Shown: positions 24,439 through 32,000, counted from the stretch's first letter. The stretch: 32,000 nt of DNA from Candidatus Nanohalobium constans (GCF_009617975.1 NZ_CP040089.1:60001-92000), one strand, 5' to 3'. Made by a program: numbers and translations. The notes: generated from the letters alone by a model not told the origin.

Positions 24439-27237
24439 TCAGATGTCAAAAGCCTTCGCAAACTCTTTACCGCCTTGAACACTATCAGAATACTTCTCCA
24501 ACTTTTCCTCAGCGCTTTCATCTGTCTGCGATGCTGAAACAGCGCCCTTCTCACCTATCAAAGTGATACATGCCTGATGCTTGCTGGAAAGCTTCTGAGC
24601 AACTTGGATCAGCAGTCCAACGTTCTCGGTAGGCACCTCAGCTTCAACCTCTTCAAAGTCATTCTTCTCAAGTTCCTCCTCTAAGAACTCTTCAATCTGA
24701 GATTCAAGGTTTTCAACCTTCTTTTCTCTATCTTTTCTGATACTGTACAGGCTCTCGGCTGTTTCCAATGTGGTCTCTCTTCTCACCTTGCTAATTTGAG
24801 TGTCTTCGCCTAGGAAATCTGAAAGCTTTTCGATCTTCTCTTCAAATCCATCTACTTCACGCATGAACCTTTCAACTGTGTCGACAAGGTGCTCAGGTTC
24901 TACGGAGAAGACCTCACAAAGACTTCTCTGAACATTCCTGGTGTCATCCGGTATTTCTGCATCCAGCAACTTGGAAACTTCCTTAACTCTGCCCTCAACT
25001 TCTCTCTGGAACTCTCTGGCTGATTCCCCGGCTTTGTACTCTAGTCTGATAACGCCGTCCTGAATTCTCTTGCAGCCGGTGATCACGAACTCCTCTGCAT
25101 GGGAGCTCTGGGTCAGGTGTGTTCCTCCACACGCCTCGATATCTACGTCTTCAATATCGATCAGTCTGATGGTGTTTCCGGGAGGTGCACCACCCTGGTA
25201 GATCCTGAAGCCATGCTCCTGTTCAGCGTCGCTTTTTTCCATCTCCAAGACATTGATCTCATGATCTTCTTCAATTATCTCTCTGACACTGGCTTCGATC
25301 TCGTCCAGAGTTTCTCGGTCTGGTTTCTCGTAATGCGTTATATCGAGCCTGGCTTTTTCCAATGTCTTGTTTGCTCCGGCCTGATAGATATGTTCGCCGA
25401 GTTCTTCACGCGCTGCAGCATTCACCATGTGGGTCGTGGAGTGGTGCTGAGTCAACTGCTTCCTCTTCTCACCGTTGACGACGCCCTTCACACTCTGCCC
25501 TTCTTCAAGATCATGATCTGGCGCTCGATGGAGTACCACGCCCGACTGCTTCTGCACATCTTCAACCTGGAAACCATTTATTTTTCCGACATCGTGCATC
25601 TGTCCTCCGCCCTGAGGATAGAACATCGTCCTGTCCAGGACTATCCATTCGTCATCTATAACTTCCAGGATTTCTGCTTTGAAATCGAAGTTCTCAGTCT
25701 TTCCGTCTTTTCTATACGGCTCTCTTCTATCGTAGTATAGCTTTTCTGTCTCAGAAACTCCTTCAAGATCAAAGTCCTCTTCAACTTCCTGAATTGCTTC
25801 ATCTTCTTCTCCAATCTGCATGTAGAAGTCTTCAGGTACTTCAAAACCGGCTTCCTCCATCATCTCAGGAGAAACACCGTGAGACTCGTAGAGCTCAATC
25901 ATTTTCTCAACTGAAGGCTGTGATTCAAGCTCCGAAAGCTTTTTCTCGGCTTTTTCACGTGCTTTCTCGTATTTCTTCGCTTCCACTTCTAAAATTCTCT
26001 GAATCTCGTCTATCGACTCCAGAAGCTCTGGGAACATCGGCTCAAGTTCCTCAGCGTTCCATCTGGCGACCTCTGTCATCTTTAACTCCCAGTTATATTT
26101 CTCAATGAAATCCTTAGCTCTTCTGTAAATCATTCTCAGGTTATGTCCTCCACCTGTGTTTGAAGGAATCTTGCCGTCAGCCAGCGCAAAGTTAAGTGCT
26201 CTGCTGTGTTCTGCTATGCTGTAAAGTGCGGCAGCAGGCTTAATCTCGTCTTTAAGATTGTCGACATCTTCATCGATTTTCTCTGCGACTTCCTTCCATT
26301 TCTCGTCGATGTCATCTACTTCATCGATGTTGAGCTCGGAGCTGTGTGGCAGGAACTTTTCCCAGACTTCTTGATCGATTTCCAGTCCTGTTCTTTCTTT
26401 CATCTTGGAGAGGGTTTCTGGCATGACGGATTCGTAGCTGGTTTCTGTTCCTCTGCTGATCCAGGTGATTCGTTCGTGCCCCATTCCCATGTCTAGGACT
26501 TTGAGGTCGAGTTCCTCGTAGCCTTCTGGTGTCTGTTTGTAGAACATGTAGACCTGGTTCCATAGTTCTAAACCATCTACGAAGAACTCCATGCATGCTC
26601 CTAGGTTTCCTCCGCCGCCCCAGCTGTCTTCGTGCAGTATAAGTTTTTCTTCAGGAATGCCGAGTCCTTCGACTGCGAATTCGAACATGTCTCGGAAGTA
26701 TCGGTCCTGGTCGTATTTTTCAGGAGGCTGGAAGCATGTCTGACCGATCATAGTGAAATTAGTATAGTGTCTGCCTGTTATTCCTACATTATCGACATCG
26801 TTGAAACGAAGGCTTGGTTGTGGTATTATTAATTCGTCTGCGGGCGGTTCTGCTTCGCCTGATACTACGTATGGCTGGAAGCAGTAGATGCTTGCGCCTG
26901 TGAACTCTACATCGTCTCTCCAGCGTGCTACGACAGGATATCTATCGATTGAAGCGTATCCTCTGTCGTCCATGAATTCTTGGAAGAGTTCCCAGCTCTC
27001 GGTGTGTGTTAGTTCTACTTCGGTTGGTGAGTCGTTGATGAAGGTGTATCCGTCGCCGCATTCTGGTTCTCCGCAGATCTCTCGCTCCGGGTCTGAGCTC
27101 CAGAAATACAGTCTGCAGTTCTTGCACTGGCCTCGACTGAATCCTTTTTCCTTGAGTACTTCTGTGGCGAAGAATTTTTCCGGGTTCTCGCTGGCTTCTT
27201 CTTTTATCTCTTCTTTTAGCTGGTCGAGGCTCTTCAT
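24439..27237 (-). CDS. alaS: alanyl-tRNA synthetase
   Basis: 932 aa. Editing-domain motifs HHSTTH and ACGGTHL. Archaeal-type N-terminal catalytic domain. Confidence 0.96.
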   Translation of the reverse strand: MKSLDQLKEEIKEEASENPEKFFATEVLKEKGFSRGQCKNCRLYFWSSDPEREICGEPECGDGYTFINDSPTEVELTHTESWELFQEFMDDRGYASIDRYPVVARWRDDVEFTGASIYCFQPYVVSGEAEPPADELIIPQPSLRFNDVDNVGITGRHYTNFTMIGQTCFQPPEKYDQDRYFRDMFEFAVEGLGIPEEKLILHEDSWGGGGNLGACMEFFVDGLELWNQVYMFYKQTPEGYEELDLKVLDMGMGHERITWISRGTETSYESVMPETLSKMKERTGLEIDQEVWEKFLPHSSELNIDEVDDIDEKWKEVAEKIDEDVDNLKDEIKPAAALYSIAEHSRALNFALADGKIPSNTGGGHNLRMIYRRAKDFIEKYNWELKMTEVARWNAEELEPMFPELLESIDEIQRILEVEAKKYEKAREKAEKKLSELESQPSVEKMIELYESHGVSPEMMEEAGFEVPEDFYMQIGEEDEAIQEVEEDFDLEGVSETEKLYYDRREPYRKDGKTENFDFKAEILEVIDDEWIVLDRTMFYPQGGGQMHDVGKINGFQVEDVQKQSGVVLHRAPDHDLEEGQSVKGVVNGEKRKQLTQHHSTTHMVNAAAREELGEHIYQAGANKTLEKARLDITHYEKPDRETLDEIEASVREIIEEDHEINVLEMEKSDAEQEHGFRIYQGGAPPGNTIRLIDIEDVDIEACGGTHLTQSSHAEEFVITGCKRIQDGVIRLEYKAGESAREFQREVEGRVKEVSKLLDAEIPDDTRNVQRSLCEVFSVEPEHLVDTVERFMREVDGFEEKIEKLSDFLGEDTQISKVRRETTLETAESLYSIRKDREKKVENLESQIEEFLEEELEKNDFEEVEAEVPTENVGLLIQVAQKLSSKHQACITLIGEKGAVSASQTDESAEEKLEKYSDSVQGGKEFAKAFDI

Positions 27238-27309
27238 ACCCTAAAAGTATCAGAGTATTTTTTTATCAGGTTGTGGAAAAGAAGAAAGGAAAGAAAATAG
27301 GAGAAGTAT

Positions 27310-28086
27310 CTACTCGAGTCTTGAGTTGAGTTCTGTCAAGATTGCTGGCATGTAGAGTGATCCTACTACGACTGTGAGTAGGTATGCTACTGTTCCTAGG
27401 ATTTCTCCCAGTAGTGCCATGCTTGCTCCACCGATCACTAGTAGGACAACGAATGGAAGGATTGTAGCTATAATTCTAGCTCTGTTTCCTTTTGTGGACT
27501 GTACGCTTTCGTCAAGCGCTTGGAACAGTCTCTTGTCGTCTACTGTGATTCTTGGAACTGAGATGATTAGTGTTGCCAGTAGGTACAGGATGATTCCTAG
27601 TGAGATAAGTCCTAGGATTCCTCCGATTGCGAGAAGTCCTGTGCCTGCTCCTGCTAGGCTAGCTGCCGAACTTGATGATCCGAGACCTGCCATGCTGCCT
27701 CCCAGTACTCCTATGAGGAGTAGCGGGTAGATTAATAGGTATGCGGCAGTGAAGGCAAATGCCTGGATTGTGATGTTGGCTCCTGTCATTCTCAGGAATG
27801 GCCATAGGATGTTCTCTGTGAACATTGACTTGCTGATATCTTTCTGGTCAAATGCTCTGAATGTTCCTACTGAAAGTGCTGCGGCACCTACGATGTATCC
27901 GATGAGTGTCAGTGCCATGACAGCTCCTCCAAGAATTGTGCTTACAGTCATCAGTGCTGCCCCGGCGGTAAATCCTGCGCCGAGAATGACTAATAGGGCA
28001 ATCATAAATCCGATGACTCCAAGTGATGCCTTAGAGGCGATTCTATTGAAGCTTGACAGAACTGTGTCAACTATATCTAACTTCAT
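27310..28086 (-). CDS. multi-pass membrane protein (258 aa)
   Basis: At least 6 hydrophobic segments rich in Gly/Ala/Leu. No family named. Confidence 0.75.
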   Translation of the reverse strand: MKLDIVDTVLSSFNRIASKASLGVIGFMIALLVILGAGFTAGAALMTVSTILGGAVMALTLIGYIVGAAALSVGTFRAFDQKDISKSMFTENILWPFLRMTGANITIQAFAFTAAYLLIYPLLLIGVLGGSMAGLGSSSSAASLAGAGTGLLAIGGILGLISLGIILYLLATLIISVPRITVDDKRLFQALDESVQSTKGNRARIIATILPFVVLLVIGGASMALLGEILGTVAYLLTVVVGSLYMPAILTELNSRLE

Positions 28087-28109
28087 TACGAAAAGATTCG
28101 GTTTTATCT

Positions 28110-28146
28110 AATAAAAAAGAAAAGGGTTGAACCGGTTAAGCCGGTC
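28110..28146 (-). terminator. hairpin plus oligo-T terminator downstream of P1
   Basis: The minus strand after the stop reads GATTGACCGGCTTAACCGGTTCAACCCTTTTCTTTTTTAT. Stem ACCGG/CCGGT (extendable with one bulge), followed by T4 and T6 runs. Confidence 0.5.
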
Positions 28147-28150
28147 AATC

Positions 28151-28459
28151 TTAGAACATGTTTCCTAGTCCTTCAGCTGCTTCTTCGTCGTCTCCTTCGT
28201 CTTCTTCCTCTTCCTCAGCTTCTTCCTCTTCATCTGCTTCTTCTGCTGAGTCGTCTCCTGAAGGTGCTGGTGCTGCGCCTCCTGCGACTGCTGTCTCCAT
28301 TGCTTCCTGGATGTCTACGTCTTCTAGTGCTGCGACCAGTGCTGCGACTTCTGAATCTTCTACGTCGAGACCTGCTGCGTCGACAATGTCCTGAAGGTTT
28401 TCTTCGTTGATTTCTTTATCTGCTTCTGAAAGTGTCAATGCTGCGTAAATTAGTTCCAT
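28151..28459 (-). CDS. rpl12: ribosomal stalk protein P1 (aL12)
   Basis: MELIYAALTLSEADKEINEENL N-terminal dimerisation domain, an Ala/Gly hinge, and an acidic tail ending EGLGNMF. Confidence 0.93.
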   Translation of the reverse strand: MELIYAALTLSEADKEINEENLQDIVDAAGLDVEDSEVAALVAALEDVDIQEAMETAVAGGAAPAPSGDDSAEEADEEEEAEEEEEDEGDDEEAAEGLGNMF

Positions 28460-28486
28460 AGTTAATCAACCAATGTCTGATTATTC

Positions 28487-28498
28487 AGGGTTCACCCT
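28487..28498. promoter_or_regulatory. palindrome AGGGTTCACCCT in the divergent P1 / HTH-gene promoter region
   Basis: 5-2-5 inverted repeat, 28 nt from the P1 ATG and 30 nt from ATG 28529. It abuts the TATA-like CTTAAAAAC. Confidence 0.3.
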
Positions 28499-28528
28499 TA
28501 AAAACATGTACTGCATAGATGATTACAA

Positions 28529-29248
28529 ATGACTGATATCAAGTTCTCAGACCTGCCTGAAGAGTTCAAGGTTCACCTTTCGGAAAAAGGTAAAGATGAT
28601 CTCTGGCACAGAATAGATGAGTTTGGAGGGATAAAGACTTTGTCTGAGTCTTTTGATTTTTCCCGGTCTAAAATGTATAATTGGAAGAACAAAGACCTAG
28701 CCTTACCAGTTAAATTTGTCAAGAGGATAATGGGAGAAAACAGTACCGATGAAGTAACTGTTTTAAAGGGTAAGGGAAGCAGCAGTTACATTAAAGAACC
28801 TTTTTTTCCGTTAAATGTTTCAAGTGAACTTCTTACAAGAGTAGAAGCATCTGTCAACGAAAACTCTGATGGAACACCTGTCTACATAACCGGTGAAAAG
28901 GTTTTGGCAGACAGGTTTACTGAACTACTTGAACAGCTTGGAAGAGTTGAATACAGTGTTTATTCTCGTGATTCAAGGTTTGAAGTAAGGTATCCCAAGT
29001 TTTTGAACCAGTTATTCCGGGGTATCAGCTATGAAACGAATTTTTCTGCATTGATAGACGAGAAAGGAGAGATAAAAGACGGAACTATTCTCGTCCGTGA
29101 TAGGGAGATAGATATCAGTGATTTTGATGGAAAGCTTTATTCTAGAGAGAAAAGTTTTGAGATAGCTCTTCAAAGAAGTGACTCGGATAAGATTGCTGAG
29201 TTAATGGCTGAAGAATCTACAAAAGTGAGGAGAATGATTGGAAATTGA
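28529..29248 (+). CDS. hypothetical protein with a probable N-terminal helix-turn-helix (239 aa)
   Basis: The HTH-like segment GGIKTLSESFDFSRSKMYNWKNK is followed by a Lys-rich, non-acidic region. GC is about 32-37% on sampled lines. Confidence 0.65.
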   Translation: MTDIKFSDLPEEFKVHLSEKGKDDLWHRIDEFGGIKTLSESFDFSRSKMYNWKNKDLALPVKFVKRIMGENSTDEVTVLKGKGSSSYIKEPFFPLNVSSELLTRVEASVNENSDGTPVYITGEKVLADRFTELLEQLGRVEYSVYSRDSRFEVRYPKFLNQLFRGISYETNFSALIDEKGEIKDGTILVRDREIDISDFDGKLYSREKSFEIALQRSDSDKIAELMAEESTKVRRMIGN

Positions 29249-29276
29249 TTTCAAAATTCTTGTTTAGTTTGTTTAT

Positions 29277-30188
29277 ATGACTGAGTTTTTAGTTACATCG
29301 TACTCTAATCCTGATCTTGATGGAACTGCTTGCTCGTTTGCTTATGCTGAATTTTTGAGGAAGAACAATAAAGAAGCTGAGCCTGGTTTATTCGGGAAAC
29401 CTGATGATGAGGCAAAATTCTTACTTGAAAAGCTCAATCTAAAAATTTCTTCCAGTTTAGATCTGATTGAGGAAGTTAATCAGATTGCTTTGGTTGACGC
29501 TAGTAACTTGGAATGGTTGAACCAGAGTATTGACAAATCCAAAATATCTCAAATAATAGACCATCGTGAGCACAATCTTTCTGAAGAATTCGATGGAGAG
29601 TCTCAGATTGAATTGGTTGGAGCAGCTGCGACCTTGATAGCAGAAAAATTCAAGAACTCCGAAGTAGAGATTTCTGAGGAATCAGCTGAACTTTTATACT
29701 GTGCTATAGCAGATAACACCGTGGATTTTCAAGCCAACGTCACAACCAAGAGAGATAAGGATGCTGCTGATTGGCTAGAAAACAAATTCTCGGATAAGAA
29801 TGTATTGCAAGAGATTTTTTCAGTCAAGTCTGATTTTGACAAACCTGTTTCAGAAAAAGTTAAGAACGACTACTATAACACCAACTTGGCAGGACGCAAG
29901 GTAGGGATTGCCCAAATCGAAGCTTTAGGCGCAGAAAAATTTATTGAAGAAAATTCGGAAGAAATTTTGAGTGTAATGTGGAGATTGAAGCAACGTGAAA
30001 ATCTTGATCACGTTTTCCTAACAAGCATAGATATCAGAGAAGAATTGAATATTTTCACAGCTTTGGAACAATCCAAGAAAATTTTGGAAAATGCCCTCAA
30101 CCTCCAATTTAAAAATAACAAAGCTAAAGACTCCAGAATGCTGCTCAGGAAAGAAATAATACCAAAAGTAAAAGAAGAACTGGAATAA
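29277..30188 (+). CDS. DHH-DHHA2 family phosphoesterase (family II inorganic pyrophosphatase-like)
   Basis: Colinear with my recollection of B. subtilis PpaC: SYSNPDLDGTACS (vs GHQNPDTDTICS), LVDASN (vs LVDHNE), IIDHREH (vs VIDHH), VGAAATLI, AIADNTVDF, IAQIE, and LLRKEIIP (vs VSRKKQVVP) in the DHHA2 part. Confidence 0.85.
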   Translation: MTEFLVTSYSNPDLDGTACSFAYAEFLRKNNKEAEPGLFGKPDDEAKFLLEKLNLKISSSLDLIEEVNQIALVDASNLEWLNQSIDKSKISQIIDHREHNLSEEFDGESQIELVGAAATLIAEKFKNSEVEISEESAELLYCAIADNTVDFQANVTTKRDKDAADWLENKFSDKNVLQEIFSVKSDFDKPVSEKVKNDYYNTNLAGRKVGIAQIEALGAEKFIEENSEEILSVMWRLKQRENLDHVFLTSIDIREELNIFTALEQSKKILENALNLQFKNNKAKDSRMLLRKEIIPKVKEELE

Positions 30189-30194
30189 AAAATT

Positions 30195-30220
30195 AGAAGA
30201 GGGTTATTCCTCTTCTTTTT
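30195..30220. terminator. bidirectional hairpin terminator at the convergent DHH / P0 junction
   Basis: Perfect 8-bp stem AGAAGAGG (30195-30202) / CCTCTTCT (30209-30216) with loop GTTATT containing the P0 stop. T-runs follow on both strands (TTTT on plus, TTTTTTATT on minus). Confidence 0.5.
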
Positions 30221-31178
30221 CTTCGGACTCGTCTTCTGAATCTTCTACAGTCTCTTCTTCCTCTTCTGAGTCACCATTTTCTTCAGCTTCATCTTCTTGG
30301 AGGTCTTCTTTTGCTGCTTCAATGTCTGTTTCTGAATCAACTGCTTCTGCTCCGGATGCTGCGTAGCTGATTGCTTCTTCGATTGTTTCTTCTTCTGGTA
30401 ATCCTTCGCTGATTGCCAGGTTCTTGGCTTTCTGGACTGCTTCGCTGACAATTGCCTGCGCTGTTGTTTCGTTGATGATTCCTGCGTTGACTGCAAGATT
30501 GAATGCCTGTGAAGCTGCTGCTTCGACATCTGTTCTGTACTGTTCTGTGTCGATGTCAAGTTCTTCAGCACTGAAGAGTTCTCCTTCATTGTATGCTACA
30601 TCTAGTGTCAGTCCGATTTCCAGTGGTTCGATCCCCATCTGGTTTAGGATTTCTGCATCTTCGGCTGTGATGGTTTCTCCTTTTTCGACGATTACTCCGT
30701 CATTTTGTACATGGATGCTTCCGTCGTCTACCTGTACTTGGAGTCCTGCTTGCTGCAGTTTTCCAAGCATCGGTCCTGGACCTATTCCAGTGTCGCCTTC
30801 AGGGACTACGATATCGTTCGGAGCTGTCTCTCCTCCCTGTGCAGCTGCGGAAGTCTTGTTCTCCTGAATCAGCTGATAGAGCTGGAAAGGGTCTTTGTTC
30901 GAGAAGATGAATGCTGGCTGAGTTGCATCGTTATCTTCAAGCTGTTCGATATCTTCTTTCTCAGCTTTCTCGATTGCGATCTGCATCAAGGTTTTTCTGC
31001 TCATCTTGATGTCTGCGAACTCTTTCATCTCCTTCTTCATCTGCTGTAGCTGTCTTGAAGGAAGGTTGTGCATGTCTAGGAGTCCGACTACAGGGTAGTC
31101 TTCGATCTTGGTCTTGAACTCTTCGACTTTCTCTTCTTTCTGTTCTCTGGTCATCTGTTTTGGAATTGGCTGGACCAT
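30204..31178 (-). CDS. rplP0: ribosomal stalk protein P0 (uL10)
   Basis: uL10 N-terminal domain and stalk helices. Long acidic C-terminal tail. The ATG follows the uL1 stop after 1 nt (TAGAATG). Confidence 0.93.
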   Translation of the reverse strand: MVQPIPKQMTREQKEEKVEEFKTKIEDYPVVGLLDMHNLPSRQLQQMKKEMKEFADIKMSRKTLMQIAIEKAEKEDIEQLEDNDATQPAFIFSNKDPFQLYQLIQENKTSAAAQGGETAPNDIVVPEGDTGIGPGPMLGKLQQAGLQVQVDDGSIHVQNDGVIVEKGETITAEDAEILNQMGIEPLEIGLTLDVAYNEGELFSAEELDIDTEQYRTDVEAAASQAFNLAVNAGIINETTAQAIVSEAVQKAKNLAISEGLPEEETIEEAISYAASGAEAVDSETDIEAAKEDLQEDEAEENGDSEEEEETVEDSEDESEEKEEE

Positions 31179-31179
31179 T

Positions 31180-31806
31180 CTAATTCACCTCTACTGTTGG
31201 ACCCATGGTGGTCTTGATTAAGACATTCTTGAGATTGTTGTCGCCTTTAGGAAGGTGGTTGGATACGAATTCGTAGATTGTATCTGCGTTCATGGCGACA
31301 TTTCCTAGGTCCTGTTCTTCGTTTCCGATTTTAACCTGCATCAAAGGATCTTCAGCAAGTCTGAGAGTTACCGTATTTCTCAGGTCTTCAATGTCTTCTG
31401 AAGGATCTTCTCCAGGCTGTACTGGGTCCGGCATCATGTTTCTTGGACCGAGTACCTGTCCTAACTGAGAACCGATCTTAGGCATCAGTGGTGCCTCTGC
31501 CAGGAGGAATGTAAACTCTTCTGCAAGGTCTTTTGCGTTGGAAGGCTCGTCGAAGTACTCGTCTTCCAGTTCGTTCTCTGTAATGACCTTGTCGGCGTTG
31601 TCAAGGTTCTGAGTAATTGAATCCCCAATTACTGCAACCTTGATCTCTTCGTCTGCCTGATAAGGAAGTTTGATGTCTTCGTTGAAACGATTGTTAGGAT
31701 CAGAAAGATCCAGGTCTCTAAAGTTGAAGACTAGGTCAACTGATTCTGTAAAGTTTCTGTCTTCTGCTTCTTCTACTGCTTGTTCAACTGCTTCTTCGAA
31801 ATTCAT
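31180..31806 (-). CDS. rpl1: ribosomal protein uL1
   Basis: Typical uL1 pattern (FTESVDLVFNFRDLDL, LGPRNMMP). Position between uL11 and P0. Confidence 0.95.
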   Translation of the reverse strand: MNFEEAVEQAVEEAEDRNFTESVDLVFNFRDLDLSDPNNRFNEDIKLPYQADEEIKVAVIGDSITQNLDNADKVITENELEDEYFDEPSNAKDLAEEFTFLLAEAPLMPKIGSQLGQVLGPRNMMPDPVQPGEDPSEDIEDLRNTVTLRLAEDPLMQVKIGNEEQDLGNVAMNADTIYEFVSNHLPKGDNNLKNVLIKTTMGPTVEVN

Positions 31807-31808
31807 TC

Positions 31809-31857
31809 GAAATCACCCTGCGATTTCTGCATGACCGAGAAAATCTGTGATTTTCGG
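31809..31857 (-). promoter_or_regulatory. two tandem hairpins in the uL11-uL1 intergenic spacer
   Basis: On the plus strand, GAAATC (31809-31814) / GATTTC (31822-31827) has the SD-like AGGGTGAT partly in its loop. CCGAGAAAATC (31835-31845) / GATTTTCGG (31849-31857) forms 7 continuous bp, or 10 bp with two bulges. Confidence 0.35.
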
Positions 31858-31862
31858 CTCAT

Positions 31863-32000
31863 CTAGATTCCCTCCTCGTTTTTGAGTTGATCATCGTATT
31901 TTCCTTCGTCAATTTCTTTTCCGACTTCGTAGGCATCTTTGCCGTCAACTGTGATTCCAGCTGAATTGGCGGAACCGATGACTTCCTTGACTGCTCCTCG
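31863..32000 (-). CDS. rpl11: ribosomal protein uL11, C-terminal 45 aa (5' end outside the window)
   Basis: My own translation of the minus strand: [45 protein letters not shown], then stop. This is a typical uL11 C-terminal domain, in the position upstream of uL1. Confidence 0.85.
   Translation of the reverse strand, partial: RGAVKEVIGSANSAGITVDGKDAYEVGKEIDEGKYDDQLKNEEGI

Noticed and set aside
25099-26496. Plus-strand ORFs 25099-25740, 25794-26108 and 26206-26496 inside alaS
   Set aside because: They are antisense shadows of the 932-aa AlaRS gene, which has the HSTTH and CGGTH motifs in the minus frame.
27241-27310. Search of the alaS upstream spacer for the MKGG motif; only a direct repeat GATACTT was seen
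   Set aside because: There is no ATGAARGGTGGAY-like sequence. The 7-nt repeat is too short to be meaningful. alaS appears to have a simple GATAAAAAAATA TATA box at leaderless spacing.
27374-28111. Plus-strand ORFs 27374-27730 and 27749-28111 antisense to the 258-aa membrane protein
   Set aside because: The minus frame gives coherent TM helices and a proper start. The plus frames are Pro/Ser/Ala-rich with no signals.
28158-28394. 78-aa poly-Ser ORF on the plus strand
   Set aside because: It is the reverse complement of the GAA/GAG-rich acidic tail of P1, so it is a compositional artefact.
30245-31049. Alternative-frame ORFs within P0 (30245-30589 minus, Lys/Gln-rich; 30424-30867 and 30705-31049 plus)
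   Set aside because: They overlap a confidently identified uL10/P0 gene. Their low-complexity composition derives from its acidic tail.
1-32000. Scan for tRNA (GGTTCRAATCC-type T-arms), rRNA, CRISPR repeats, transposase or integrase genes and inteins
   Set aside because: The only TTCGAAT/TTCAAAT hits lie inside cdc48, radB and alaS coding frames without cloverleaf context. There are no regularly spaced repeats. All large genes have normal lengths with no intein-like insertions.

Overview
Archaeal chromosomal segment with about 40 protein-coding genes. I recognised no rRNA, tRNA, CRISPR array or transposase. Archaeal hallmarks are the ribosomal stalk genes uL11-uL1-P0 and P1, RadB, Cdc48, type-2 MetAP and an archaeal-type TyrRS. 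Predicted proteins are strongly acidic. The DNA is fairly AT-rich: hand counts on sample 60-nt lines give about 45-58% GC in core genes and about 30-38% in three small islands. This fits a low-GC halophilic archaeon such as a nanohaloarchaeon, but that is inference only. Gene content in order: malic enzyme (partial), MetAP, a zinc-finger/DsbA-like protein with a CxxC membrane partner, Cdc48, RadB, a threonine dehydratase followed by a tightly coupled Phe/Tyr terminal-pathway operon (AroQ, PheA, aminotransferase, TyrA, second AroQ), topoisomerase IA, SerRS, TyrRS, a YbaK-like deacylase, RtcA, Hsp20, AlaRS and the ribosomal stalk cluster. Observations worth a second look: (1) a recurrent intergenic motif ATGAARGGTGGAY opens 13-14-codon MKGG mini-ORFs upstream of serS, tyrS and the Thr-dehydratase/Phe-Tyr operon, and two copies have a shared TATA-like 9-mer at leaderless spacing. 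(2) A T-rich tract directly 5' of chorismate mutase/pheA reads in frame as 7 Phe + 1 Tyr in 14 codons, which is pheL-like. (3) A membrane-anchored DsbA-like protein has its thioredoxin-fold halves in swapped (circularly permuted) order, carries an N-terminal C2H2 finger, and is translationally coupled to a CxxC membrane protein. (4) A low-GC two-gene insertion (HTH protein plus a DHH-DHHA2 phosphoesterase with altered catalytic motifs) splits the P0-P1 stalk operon, and P0 lacks the conserved C-terminal tail motif. All functional assignments come from motif recognition by eye; no database search was run.
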